From Anolis carolinensis (lineage: Eukaryota): DNA of 64,000 bases. Position numbers and translations under genes: made by a program. The DNA lies in NCBI RefSeq assembly GCF_035594765.1, contig NC_085843.1:25187955-25251954 (forward strand), in the 5' to 3' direction. Each line of letters starts with the position of its first letter. Position 1 is the first letter of the stretch. Shown one piece after another: positions 23,453-36,384 of this stretch. Under the pieces are notes generated by a model, which was given only the letters and a program-made list of their open reading frames with translations, did not search any database and was not told the DNA's origin.

Positions 23453-24629
23453 CTACAGAATAAAGACAGAAATAATAATAAAAATGCTGTCCATAGTTTG
23501 TCTGTCAGCTTTGCTCTCAGCACATCATCAGGATGGAAGATACTATCACTATTATCGCTTAATCTAATGTATATTTTTCCAATTACATACTTTTCACACA
23601 CACTCTCTCTCTCTTCACACAGCTGCTGTGCTTCCCCCAGAGTGATGAGAAGAAAGCTGCCCAGAAGTAGCATGCTGTTTTTATTCCACAAACACATCAA
23701 TATTTCAAGGCTTATTCCTGATATTTCAAGTCCTCCATTAAACAGCAGCCGTTTCCTTAATACCAATTTAACTAAATTCAAAAAGCAATCAAAAGGAAGT
23801 ATAGCATATGCAGAATACGGTAACAGTTAGTAAGGCTAAAATAAATATTACATCTCTTCATCTAACCATCCCTTAACTCCTGACTGCAGCCCCTCAAGAG
23901 AGGTTTTTTGGGGAAAGCCAGGAAAATGTTTGTATTTATGTGGATATGATGGAATATCAGAAATAACATTCTTCAGGTATTCACGAACATGTGTGAAGAC
24001 TGGAAGTAGAGACATAGATGTGGCTGCATACATTAGCTGTTTCCCCAATTTTCCCATGTGTGTCCACTTTGTATCTTCACTCTCTATATGCAGAGATCCT
24101 ACTTATGTTCAGCTGAACATAAATAGGACACCCTGTGAAATTTGGGACCATGATAAAACACGGACACTGATTTCACAGAGTTTCAAATTAATATTCATTT
24201 CAATGTAAGTAAAGGTTAAACATCCCTTATCCAGGATTCCAAAATACTCCAAAATTCAAAAAATGTCCACATCAGTGGCTGAGATAATAACACCTTTGCT
24301 TGATTATGGTTCAAAATAAATACACTTTATTTCATGCACTTTTTTTCAAATATTGTGCAGGTATTCCAAAATCCAAAGAAATCTGAAATCCAAAACACTT
24401 CTTGTCCCAAGTATTTTGGATAAGGGATATTCATTTTGTAGTACATTCAAGTAAGAAAATGAAGGAGCTAAAAATGAGATTAATTTGTGTAGCCTCCCCT
24501 TTCTCTGAGCCTTTACAAATGTTCATAGATACCTGAAGAACTGATGAAACACCCACCCACAATTCCCATTTCATTTTTAGTGGCAATATTGGGAACACAA
24601 CATACTTTGGTAGTTTGAAAGTGGGTTTT

Positions 24630-25348
24630 TATTATTTTATTTATTTATTTAAAACATTTATATTCCACCCTTCTCATTCTGAAGGGGACTCGGGGCGAAA
24701 CACAACATATATACGGCAAACATTCAATGTCGGAACATAAAATAAACCATAAATATACATAAACACTAACATCAGTTATCTTCACACTAAAACTATTATT
24801 TAAAACCATTACAAGTCAGCTGTACCATATCCAGTCAGCAGGGTGAATTTCCTATTGCTGTCATTATTGCACTGCCCCAAAGGCTTGGTCCCACAGCCAT
24901 CTTTCTAAAGGACAGGAGGGAGGGGGCTAATCTAATCTCACCAGGGAGGGAGTTCCATAGCCGAGGTGCAATCACTGAGAAGGCCCTCTCATCCCTGTCA
25001 ATCATTCCTGTGACAATGGCGAGACTGAGAGCAGGGCCTCCTCAGAAAATCTCCATAGTGGTTCATAGAGGGAGATGTGTTTCGACAAGTAAACTGGGCC
25101 GGGGCCGTTTAGGGCTTAATAAGCCAAAGCCAGCACTTTGAATTGTGCTCAGTAGCTAACTGGCAGCCAATGGAGCTGACACAGCATAGGAGATGTGTGC
25201 TCCCTGTATGCTGCCCCAGTTATTAACCTGGCTGCCTCTCATTGGACTATATGAAGCTTCGAAACAGTCTTCAAAGGCAACCCCACATAGAGCGCATTGC
25301 AGCAGTCTATCCTAGAAGTAACGAGAGTGTGAACCACTGTGGCCTGAC
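24630..25348 (-). mobile_element. L2 LINE 3' fragment
   Basis: Minus-strand peptide ATVVHTLVTSRIDCCNALYVGLPLKTVSKLHIVQ (L2 ORF2 C-terminal region) and an L2 terminus with (TAAA)n tail. Confidence 0.85.
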
Positions 25349-25497
25349 TTCCCAAAGGTAACAAAGGTTCAGTAGACCTGCCTTGAAACTTTCTTTGTCT
25401 GAAATAAACCATTCTACAGATTATCCTAAAAAAGACAAAATGGTGGCCATTATTCAACCCAGGATTAAACAAAAATATGGCAGGTTTCTCCCTACAT

Positions 25498-25787
25498 CAG
25501 GCATGTAGCTTGGGGGGGGGGGGGCTTGAGGGGCTTCAGCCCCCCCCCCCCCCCCGAAATTCTCAGGGTGGTCCGCGAGAAGGCCTTACATTTATTATTT
25601 AAACTGTTATGTTTATTCATATCATGATCTGATCACCATGCTCAATAAATCCCATATGCATGGGGGTATTGGGATAACAGTACAAAAGGTTTGCTGAGGT
25701 AGATCCTCTCTCACTCAGACTCAGCCCCCCCCCCCCCCGAACCAGAATCCCAGCCCCTCCCAAAATAAAATCCTGGCTACGGGCCTG
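25498..25787. mobile_element. Non-autonomous hAT element
   Basis: CAGGCATGTAGC...GCTACGGGCCTG ends with a perfect 8-bp TSD CCCTACAT. Confidence 0.85.
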
Positions 25788-27475
25788 CCCTACATGATAA
25801 CCAAAACCACCCCATCTCAATGCCAATATTGAAGTTAGGTTTGCCCCCACAGGCACATACATAAAAGCTTCTAACATCCTAAAAGTTTTCAGCATTCCAT
25901 TGTGCTCTAGTCACTGAGACACAGGGAAAAATCATTGTGACTGAGAAAGGGGCAGAACATTATTTTTCTCTGGGTGGGGTAGCTGCAGAAGGTCTACAGG
26001 CTGCAGGACCCTTAGAGACACATAGATTACTGAAAAATAAAACAGAAAAAACAAACTGGCAAGAAATCTATTTCTGGTCCTTAAAAGTGGTAGTCTTCTG
26101 ATGTTAAAGGGTAGAAAGAGGCCCTGAAAACTATTTAAAAATTAAATGTCACTCCTGAAGTCTCTAGGCAGCAATTCTTCTATTTTTAACAAGAAAAAAA
26201 TCAGTTGATGGATCCTGGAAGTGTTGAGGACCACAAAACATATCCATGGAGAAGTATAAGCAGCCCCAGATCCAGTTGTCCATCCATGATATGACAGATT
26301 GAGTCACATACAGAAATGTACACTTATACCTTGACTTGGAAAAACAGAGGTAAGGAAACAGCATAGCACTGGGATAAACTATTCCTGCTCGCCTCCTTTA
26401 GCCCTTGAGGTAATTTTGGTTTGAAGAAAAAAGTGCCTTCTGAGAATCTCCAATGTATGACCTATGAACCAAAGGCAGCTTCCCCATACCCTCCTGCTTT
26501 CCCCAACTTGAGAATGGTCCAAATGATCTGAAGCACAACAATTATGTGCTCCTTAAACCAGAATAAACTGGGTAATCTCTACCACAATATTATTTGCCGA
26601 ATTTTCTGAAATAGGATAAAATGGCTGAATAGCTTTCTGGAACTCTCAGCTTCATTCTTCCAATATCATCTCAAATCAGATATCTTACTCGACCACCGAG
26701 GAACCAACACAATTTGCAGAGAAAGGAGTCAAAGCTTACGATGCTTTACCAATCTACAAGAAGGGCAAGACTGGAGATGGGTAGAGGGGATATAGCTGGG
26801 GAGGCAGGAGGACACCCCCCCCCCCCCAATAAGAATCTTGCCAATTTTCCTTCAGTCCTGAAATTTCTAGCATTGTAAAGTGTGGCATTGAAAATCGTTC
26901 ATACTTTGAACTCAAGTATTCTCTGTGTTCCCATTCCCATGGGAACTTTGCTCTTTTTCTTTGTATTTCTAAATGTTCAACTGAAGTTTTAAGTTACTGC
27001 AATGCTAGAAATCTGGTGAGTGAAACAACATTTATGGAAGAGGTCAGAATCGTGATTTGGGCGTAATAACTCCACTTTGCAACCAAAGATAGTTACAAGG
27101 CAGGGAGACAAGAACCAACCAGAATAGCTGCTGTCCAGGAGTATCTGTGAGGGACTAAGGGCTCTTCCACACAGCCATATAACCCAGAATATCAAGGCAA
27201 ATAATCTACAATATCTGCTTTGAACTGGATTATCTCAGTCCACACGGCCATATAATGTAGTTCAATGTGGATTCTATACAGCTGTGTGGAAACGGCCAAA
27301 GAAGAACTTGAGGGAAGAAAGACTCTCTGTGATGGGCTCAAAGGAACATAAGAACCTTGTTAAATCAGCAAAAATATTTGTATAGTCAAGCAACCAGTGT
27401 TGAGGGTATACTGCCCATGATCCTTGAGAGCTGGTGTTGTTGAATGCAATCTCTAACCAGCCTCAGGCACTAGAG

Positions 27476-27610
27476 CAGAGGTTCCCAACCTGAGGTCCCC
27501 AGATGTTTTTGGCCTTCTGCTCCCAGAAATCCTAACAGCTGGTAAACTGTCTGGGATATCTGGGAGTTGTAGGCCAAAAACATCTGGGGACCCCAGGTTG
27601 AGAACCACTG
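27476..27610. mobile_element. hAT MITE
   Basis: TIRs; TSD CACTAGAG/CACTAGCG. Confidence 0.88.
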
Positions 27611-27669
27611 CACTAGCGGCAATGATCAGTCATTGGGAGAGCTACATGTTCTCTGGCCTGAGTCTAGAG

Positions 27670-27803
27670 CAGTGTTTTACAAACTTTAGTCTTCTAGATG
27701 TTTTGGAGTTCAGCTCCCAGAATTCCTGACTCTTGGGTCAAGCTTGTTAGAGTTTCTGAGAAATGATGTCCGAGATACTTAGGACCAAAGTTGGGGACCA
27801 CTG
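27670..27803. mobile_element. Older related hAT MITE
   Basis: CAGTG...CACTG ends; TSD GTCTAGAG/GTCTAGAC. Confidence 0.75.
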
Positions 27804-29811
27804 GTCTAGACTAATGAAAGAGAACACAGGAGAGTCAAGAGGATGAACACAGCATGAAACAACTGTAAGCCTCCCTTTCTATATATTGTTTTTCTCTTAT
27901 GGAATTGCATCACCATACAATTTTTCAGAGATGGAACAATATTTAACAACCACTGCATTGCAAGCTGCCCATCCTATACCCTGTGGTGAGTGAGCATCAT
28001 TGTTCTTGGCAATGGCATTAATTGCTCATCGAACGAGTTAATTAAGGGTTTGTGATTTTTCCAGTGCTAATAATTACCTCCTGACTCCCATTTAGCCTGC
28101 AGATTTCCAAGCTTGCATAGTATATTCAGTTTCTAGTTTTGAGTTCTCCTGTCTCCTATCAAGTAGCCTGAAATGGTAGCTATTCACTATGCTTGTGTAT
28201 TGTTTTAATTTTGAAAAGTGTAATCTTTTTAAAAGCATTTTATATTGAGGAGATCAAGGCTGACAACAATGATCCCTTGGTGCATTTCGGAAAGTAAGAA
28301 GTGAATATAAATTGCTCTTAATTAGGGGTATTTCCATAGGCAACCTTGAACTGCTGCATTATTTCGGGACCTGAACACTAATTCAGTCATTTTTCCCCAG
28401 TCCTGTCAATAAGAATAGACAATCACAGTGAAACGCTGCAATAAAAAATATTTATAAAGCTCAGCTTAATTATCCTCAGTGCCACTGTATCCCAAACATA
28501 TGATCCATATAGTGTTCACTATCAGTCCTCAATAGATTGTGTAACTTAAAAGCACATAATAAAAGTACATGCTATCAATTTACTAGTCCTTCTGCATTCA
28601 GATATATAGAGTAGAACACACTTGGAAAACAAAGGAGAAAAAACAGGGTTAAACCTTTTAAAGAATTTTAAAATTCTGCACCAGGCAATTGTGCTCTCAG
28701 CAGGAGTCAAATTTATTTTCCCAGAGAACATTTAAAAATAATCAGGTTCACTATTTTTTTTTTAAAAAAAAAACTCAACAGAAACTCTAATTGTCACCAC
28801 ACACAAGAACTCAGTTTCCTCTCATTTGGAGGTGCAGGTGTTTGAATCCTAAAGGCTTTGTGAAGTACAAATTATCCTCAGGTGCAGCTAAAAAAAAGCT
28901 AAAAGCATAAAGAAAACCCAAACAATTCAGCAGCACTTTAACAGCAATTCTTACTACAAAGAAAGGGATGAAAGAAGAACATTGTGTTCATCCTTGGGAA
29001 TTATACCATCTCTGCTCTGTGAAACCTTGGGTCAATATGACCACTTGTCACTTTTGGCACAATTAGAATTGAACAAAGGGAATCTGGAAACTCTAGAAAA
29101 ACAATATGAACCTAAACTACGCAAAACAGCAGCCGTTCCTCTGAAGCATTTCTTTTGTTTCATGTTGTTTTTGCCAGCATCCACCACTTTTAATCTACTT
29201 ATATCATTATCTTCATTTTATATCACCTGATCAGAGATATTCAGCAGAAAGCTGATAGGAAAATCTTTGATGTTGACAGTGATTCCACTTTTCCTTGTCA
29301 TGGGATCAGAAGCTGTCCTGTCTGAAACAAGTGGAATTTTCCGAGTTGTTCTGATAGCATCTCTTTCATTTGATGTGGCAAGAATAATTATGGATTTCCC
29401 CCTTAAAGGTACCCATAGACTCAAAACTAACCAACACAACACTTAAGAGTGCAACTACACTGTAGAATTAATTCATACTGGCACCACTTTAACTGCCATG
29501 GCTCATTTCTATAGAATCATGGAAGATGTAGTTTTGCAAGGTCTTTAGCCTTCACTGCCAAATAGTAGGCGATGCATTTCTGGTCGGATTACAGTTAGAT
29601 CAAACCACATAAATGTCCTCCATAACAATTTACCAAGTCCTCTAATGTAACTCAGGTAACTTTTGAAAAAAATGTATCCTAGAATTGCCTGGAGAAAGTG
29701 CAAATTCATATAGATACCACTTTTCCCAGGGATCCTACTGTACCTTCATTTTGGGGAGTATCCCCCCATTTTACAAACCAGATCGCTATCTCTGAGACAA
29801 CTGCAAGCCAC

Positions 29812-30045
29812 TGGGCCAGGCTGTGGCGCAGGCTGGAGAGCAAGCCAGCTGCAACCAGCTGCAATGAATCACTCTGACCAGGAGGTCATGAGTTCGAGGC
29901 CCGCTCGGAGCCTATGTTTGTCTTGTCTTTGTTCTATGTTAAAAGGCATTGAATGTTTGCCTATATGTGTAATGTGATCCACCCTGAGTCCCCTTCGGGG
30001 TGAGAAGGGCGGAATATAAATGCTGCAAATAAATAAATAAATAAA
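29812..30045 (+). mobile_element. tRNA-derived SINE with L2-type 3' tail
   Basis: A box TGGCGCAGGCTGG, B box GAGTTCGAGGCC, L2 terminus and (TAAA)n. Confidence 0.75.
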
Positions 30046-30577
30046 TTACAGGGCTCCTCTGGGATCAACCAGGACTATGGCCTCTTCCACACAGCTGAAT
30101 AAAATCCCACATTATCTGCTTTGAACTAGAATATATGGCAGTTTGGACTCAGATATCCCAGTTCAAAGCAGATATTGCTAAAAGAGAAAGCACAATTAAG
30201 GAATTGAGAAGTTAAGGAGAAGTAATTTTTCAATAGTTAGCAGCAGTTGCAAGAACATAAATGTAATATGATGCATATGGCTTAGATCATATACCATTTA
30301 TGGCAAACTCAAATATACTTGGAAACAGCTCACTGCTCAATATATTTCCCTCCTCATATCTATCAGAAATAAAACAAAAGATACAAACTAAAGAGTTAGT
30401 CCTTAAGGGGACCAACCATCACAAATTATGTAGTAATCAGACACTGATAGAGCTTTTCCTAAAATAAGTGGCTTTGTGTTTTAATCTTCACTTTACTCCA
30501 AAATTTCTGGAATTCTGGAATCCCAGTTAAGAGTTTAAAATAGTATATTTCTTTTTGTCATGTTAGTATGACTTATC

Positions 30578-30578
30578 T

Positions 30579-30636
<58 letters not shown>
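30578..30636. repeat. (TCTA)n microsatellite
   Basis: Directly visible. Confidence 0.95.
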
Positions 30637-30637
<1 letters not shown>

Positions 30638-31788
30638 GCTTCATCCTTGGCCCAACAACCATGTTAAAATGCTAAACTTACACTTCAGTCCTATGATTGT
30701 TGATTCTGAATGAAGTTCCTCTGAGGCTCCTTCTACACTACCCTGTATCCCAGGATCTGATCACAGATTATCTGCTTTGAACTGGATTATATGAGTCTCC
30801 ACTGCCAGATAATCTGGGATAAACAGATAATCTGGGATCAGATCCTGGGATATTGGGGCAGTGTGGAAGGGGCCTGAGTTTAACAGGATTTCTTTCAAGG
30901 TAAATTAAAGCTCTATAGAAGAAACTGATACCTGATCCTGGATTGTAGCACAAACTAAGTACATCGTACACAGGTTTGTTTTATGTTTAAATCTGTAACA
31001 TTGCTGAAAATCAGCAAACCTTAAAATATGTGCATACATTTTGTGTTGCTTTTTAGGTTTAATAAATCTGTTGTGCAATTCCAGCCTACTTTTTCCCATC
31101 TATTTTTCACTTTGTAAACATGATGTTCTTTTGAAGCTAGAATAATCTTTTTCACTATCTCTTATATACCGATCTTTGCAAATCTTTCTTTTTTAACTAT
31201 GCAATTTGGATATTTTCACAAGTGCTGATGTGAGCCATCAAACTGTGTGGCTCATCAGAATAGTTTATAGTACTTGGTTATATTATATGTTTTTCCCTTC
31301 CTCCCTCCCTCCCTCCTTCTCTCTCTAGTTCTCCTTCTGATTTTTGGCATTGCTTCAATTCTTTCTTCAGGAACAGTTTTGAGCCTACCACTTCTCAAAT
31401 GGAGCCACAGCATGTGAGCATCATCACTTCTGATCTAAATGTCCTCCTGTAAGTGACCTATATATTGTGATTTTTGGTGAGATGTCACATCATCATTTGA
31501 TATCACATCACTTCTGAGTGACTGGGTCAATGTCATTCAAAACCTTTGCATTTGAGTTAGTTTGAAAAGTTTTATCTGGGGTGTTTGATCTCCAGTAACA
31601 CGGTATTACTTGGTGCTACAATTATAGTAAAATCATAGTAATGTACATAGGAATCAGTCCACAAAGGATTGTAATTAACAAATCCTTCAAACAAAGATTA
31701 CCAAACTTTGAAGACCCCTTTCAACTATAGTGAGTTATAATAAATTCTAGACATTCTTATATTTAAAGACCGAAGTAAAGCCAATCTT

Positions 31789-32042
31789 GGGTTGCTGTGA
31801 GTTTTCCGGGCTTTATGGTCATGTTCCAGAAGCATTGTCTCCTGACGTTTTGCCCACATGTATGGCAGGCATCCTCAGAGGTTGTGAGGTAGATTGGAAA
31901 CTAGCCTAGTGAGGTTTATATATCTGTGGAAGGCCCAGGGTGGGAGAAAGAACTCTTTTCTGCTGGACGAAAGTGTGAACATGGCCATACAGCCCGGAAA
32001 ACTCACAGCAACCCAGTGATTCCGGCCATGAAATCCTTCAAA
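31789..32042. mobile_element. Penelope-like element remnant with inverted terminal arm
   Basis: ~37-bp inverted arms (31788-31824 vs 31978-32014), 12-bp TSD AAAGCCAATCTT, and a hammerhead motif. Confidence 0.8.
31841..31881 (-). ncRNA. Minimal type I hammerhead ribozyme motif (mutated)
   Basis: Minus strand CCU-CUGAGGA-U-GCCUGC-loop-GUGGGC-AAAA-C-GUC-AGG; the GAAA box reads AAAA. Confidence 0.75.
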
Positions 32043-34864
32043 AAAGCCAATCTTACCAAAAGGTTAATCACTGTATATTATGAAGAACTTTAAAACTTTT
32101 ATTTATTTATCTGTAATATGATGGAAGGTTCAAAACTTGCCCTGGGGCTAAATACTATCACAACACCCATCTGGAGCTGCAAAATCATTGTGTTTGCCAT
32201 TTAACTGGTAGATTACATTTAAGTTGGAGGGTCACATATTTATATTGTGCAAGCAAGTGTGACACTCCAAATTGAAGCATTGTGCAATGTGTTTGAAAAA
32301 GAGACTTAAAAGTGGGGAAGGGGGATTAACATGAACAAAACCATTCTGTGTTTGTGTAGTGAAGTATCCCAATGAGTTAATTCTGTTTTCTGATCCCCTA
32401 AATTAAAGCTATGTAGAAGGAGCTGATATCTAGCTGTTTCTTGCTGCATGCTATAGAATCGGTACAGTACTAGGTGCAGGGGGAAATCTTGTTTCTTTTC
32501 AGTGTGTTTCCGCCAATCTCTTCTGCATTTTTATTTTTTCCCTAGTCCATATCCAATTTCAAGACTGTTTGTACTTGTTACTAATATGCAGAAATAACAA
32601 AAAAAAAATCCCTGCCTTATTCTTCTTCCCACTGTGGGGAAATACACAAGCTCATATTGGAAGGTCAAACATACATGAGAAAAGGCAGCCCAGCTCATCT
32701 ATATCTACTCCCCTTGCGAATTTCAAGCTATCGTGAAATATGATCCACTGCATATTTATTTGCAAATTGACTGTCACTACTTCAAGCAAACCAGTTTAGA
32801 TCGTTGGTGACTCACATAATAAAAAAACACATTTATACACTTTCCTACAAGAAGTAGAACCCAAGCATATAATGCCAGAGGTAAGCAAGAAAGCCTGCAC
32901 ACTCCAAATGTGTTTGTGACATTGCCATAGTTAGGATGGGCCACATTTTATCTGGCTACATCTGTCCTGCCTATGTTTGCATTTATTTCCAGGTGCAGTA
33001 TATAGAGTAAAATATATTAACTGGAGATAACAGTATTAGAGGCAATACATCACACCTTTGTTGCTGCTTGCTGTGTTGTGTCTTCAAGGCAAATCCAACT
33101 TCACATCAATGCCTTCAAGTGTGCAAGGTAACCCAACACACTTTTGTAATTGAGAGCGGATTCAAATCCTGGTCTCTTGGAGTCTTTGTTCAACACTCAA
33201 ACCATTGCATTATACTGGCTTACTCCGACTTTTCATTTTACAGCCCACCATCATTGCTCAGGTCATTCCAATTTAAAATTTAGAACATACTCTCAAGCTA
33301 CACAGAGAGAATGCAGCACGCTTGGCAGAGGGACTGAGCTGTTAATTAGGAAGTTCTCCATTCACATCTCACCTCTGCTATGACCTTGCTGACTCACTTC
33401 CCATGTAATACCAAATCATGAGCAAGTCTTGGGCTGGGCTTTTTTTTGTTCCTTCTTCCCTTTGTTGAAGAATGCAAAAATTCCAGAATTATTTTTAAGG
33501 TTGCGGGGGCTCAACATTGGCAGGCAGGTTGCAGTTAATTTTGCCTGCTTGAAGAAGTAAATTACTTTCCCAATCCATTATCATTGAAATGCCCCTAAAT
33601 ATGAAGACTCAGAAGCACAATATGTACTTAGAAGTGCTTTGCATGTATTCAAAGCAGCTTACTCCTAATTAAGTTTGGACAGGATAGATTGCAGGCGCCT
33701 TCATTATTCCTGTGAGGGCTCAACAACAATAGCTGTCATAATATTCCTTGGTGTTTAACTATTTAGTACACTTCTGATTGATAATACTTAAGGAGACCCA
33801 AGAGTCTTACTTTTGCCAGGAACCCCCAACATAGTCTTTGAAGAGGTTAAACCCTCCTCCATTCTGTAGCCTGGCAAAGAATCCAATTATTTATTTCCAA
33901 CATGCCACAAACCATTATTGGCCAGCACAAATCCATCTACTAAATAAGGTTTGACACTTGTCCTTCAAACTAAGATCTCAAAACCATTTTATTTTGGTTT
34001 ATAACACTAAAACTGGATTTAAAAGGAAAGTGTGGACCATACATGGCCAAAGGGGATATAACATACAAATAGGGTTAGTGTGAAATATGAAATAAGCAAC
34101 ATGTGTTCTTGAAGCATATTCATGTTCCCCCAAACAGTGGCCAGAGAGAAGAAAGATATGGCCTTCTAGATATCATTGCAGCAATCAGCATCTACTTTCT
34201 ATAATTTTAAACCTTTATCTGTCATGTAGGAGTGGAAATATTTATTGATCTTAAATTTCTTTCTTAAATAGGAAAAATGTGGTGAGTAGCACCTTAGCGT
34301 GAACTTTCACAGATTTCAATTTACTTCTTTAGATATACTGATGGAATGAATATGAAACCATATTATATCACCAGTTGTTTAGTTATGGGGATCGGATCAG
34401 CACATAATGGGAAAGATGCAATTGCTGACAGTACCATAAGCTTTCAGACAGTTGTGCAAAGTGATACTGGTGTGTCAGGATGGTTCTCAGATTGTTCTGA
34501 GGTGTGAAAGCAATAAATCTGCTTATCCAGACTCAGTTTTCCTGAAGTCAGAAGCTTTGTTGAGGAGGCAATTTCTTTAATATGCTCTGAACTTTCAAAA
34601 GCAGTCTATGAGCTTTTCCATTCTTATTACTGTAGAAATGAGCCACTGCAGAATTTTTCAGTGGTGCTATCATGCTCTGAAACACAACAAAGTGTGTCAC
34701 AACACACTTCAGGCTAAGGGATGCTGGAGAATCAGTTTTCACACACACACCTCCCTCTAAAGATTTCTGCAGCTTTCTGGAATTGCATATTGCCTAGTTC
34801 GGAGCTTTTTTCCCAAAGGGGTAGAAGGTAGAATGGATGAGAATTCAGTTCCACTGCTGCAACC

Positions 34865-35280
34865 ATAGTGGAGTTGTTCTATGTATGGTTGTGAAAGCTG
34901 GATAATGAAAAAAGCTGACAGGGAGAAAACCAACTCATTTGAGATATGCTGGAGAAGAGTTCTATGGAAATAGTGTACTGCTAAAAAATCAAATACAAAT
35001 AAATGGGTCCCAGAGCAAATCCGGCCTGAACTCTCACTTAGAAATCACAATGACTAAAGTGTGGCTGCCATATTTTGGGCATATCATAAGAAGAAATGAC
35101 TCACTAAAAAAAAGACTATAATACTTGGAGGGCAGTAGGAAAAGAGGAAGACTGCATTCCAGATGCTGAGCATCAATCAGTGAAGTCACAGACCTGAGTC
35201 TGTAAAACCTGAGCAGGCGGATAAGGTGAGTTGGAGATCTCGTATTCATAGGTGTAGTGATTTGAGTGTTGGATGAAGAT
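34865..35280 (+). mobile_element. RTE/Bov-B LINE 3' fragment, decayed
   Basis: atgtatggttgtgaaagctggataatg...tttgagatatgctggagaaga (MYGCESW...FEICWRR) and LPYFGHIIRRNDSLKK. Confidence 0.75.
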
Positions 35281-36073
35281 TCTATAAGACCAGGATTTGA
35301 ATTCCTGCCCAAATATGAAAACTCACTGCGTGACACCACTCTCTTGGTCTAAGAGAAAGGCAGTGGCAAGGAAAACCTCCTCTAAATACATCTTGCCATG
35401 AAAAATACATCCTGCTAAAAAAAAAGGTTGCAGTCAACTTGAACACACAAACGACAATAGCAACAACAGGATTCTGGCCGTAGCAATATATAAAATGCAT
35501 CTTACTAGCATGGAAGATATATAATAATGATTTACTGAAAAAAACTTTGTGAATGGCAGAAGTGGCAGTGTACTACTTCAACCTCAATCTGAAAAGTTAT
35601 TTAACACATCAATACTCCTACAAGTGTCTAGGCAAGAGACTGAAATAGTCAAATGAATTATTCCCCTTAAACTGTGTTGTATAGCCAAGTTAATAACAGG
35701 ATATAAATATTCTTCACGAGCCCCACTACCTCTAAAGTTGTCTCCTGTAAGTTGACTTAAAATGTGATCATATGACTGCTAAAATGGAAGGATTAGCTAT
35801 CTTGAAGCAGCAAAATGAACTTAGATCACTTTGAATACATTGCTTGCAAGTTACAAAGAACAAGCCAGCATTTCACTATGTAGCTTAATTGTTTGATGAA
35901 GAGACTAGACAGGTCATAGCTAGGCATGTGCGATTGATTAAAAAAATGTTTCAAAAGTAATTACAAAACTGGGGGCATTGCCGTTTCATTTTTTAGGGTT
36001 TCTAGAGTATTGTTAGTGAAAATTTTGTTACTATAACAAGAGTAATGAAATTTTGTTACTTTTCATTAAAGTA

Positions 36074-36384
36074 CAGTAGAGTCTCACTTATCCAGCAGAA
36101 CCTTGGATAAGCGAATATCTTGGATAATAAGGAGGGATTAAGGAAAAGCCTATTAAACATCAAATTAGTTTATGATTTTACAAATTAAGCACCAAAACAT
36201 CATGTTATACAACAAATTTGACAGAAAAAAAGTAGTTCAATACGCAGTAATGTTATTTTGTAATGACTGTATTTACGAATTTAGCACCAAAATGTCATGA
36301 TATATTGAAAACATTGACTATAAAAATGCCTTGGATAATCCAGAACCTTGGCTAAGCGAGCCTTGGATAAGTGAGACTCTACTG
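36074..36384. mobile_element. Tc1/mariner MITE
   Basis: TIR CAGTAGAGTCTCACTTATCCA with TA TSD. A second copy in the opposite orientation lies at 60403-60744. Confidence 0.9.

Noticed and set aside
23399-23830. 143-aa and 113-aa ORFs overlapping exon 2
   Set aside because: No homology cues; the real exon is the 62-bp minus-strand segment with canonical splice sites.
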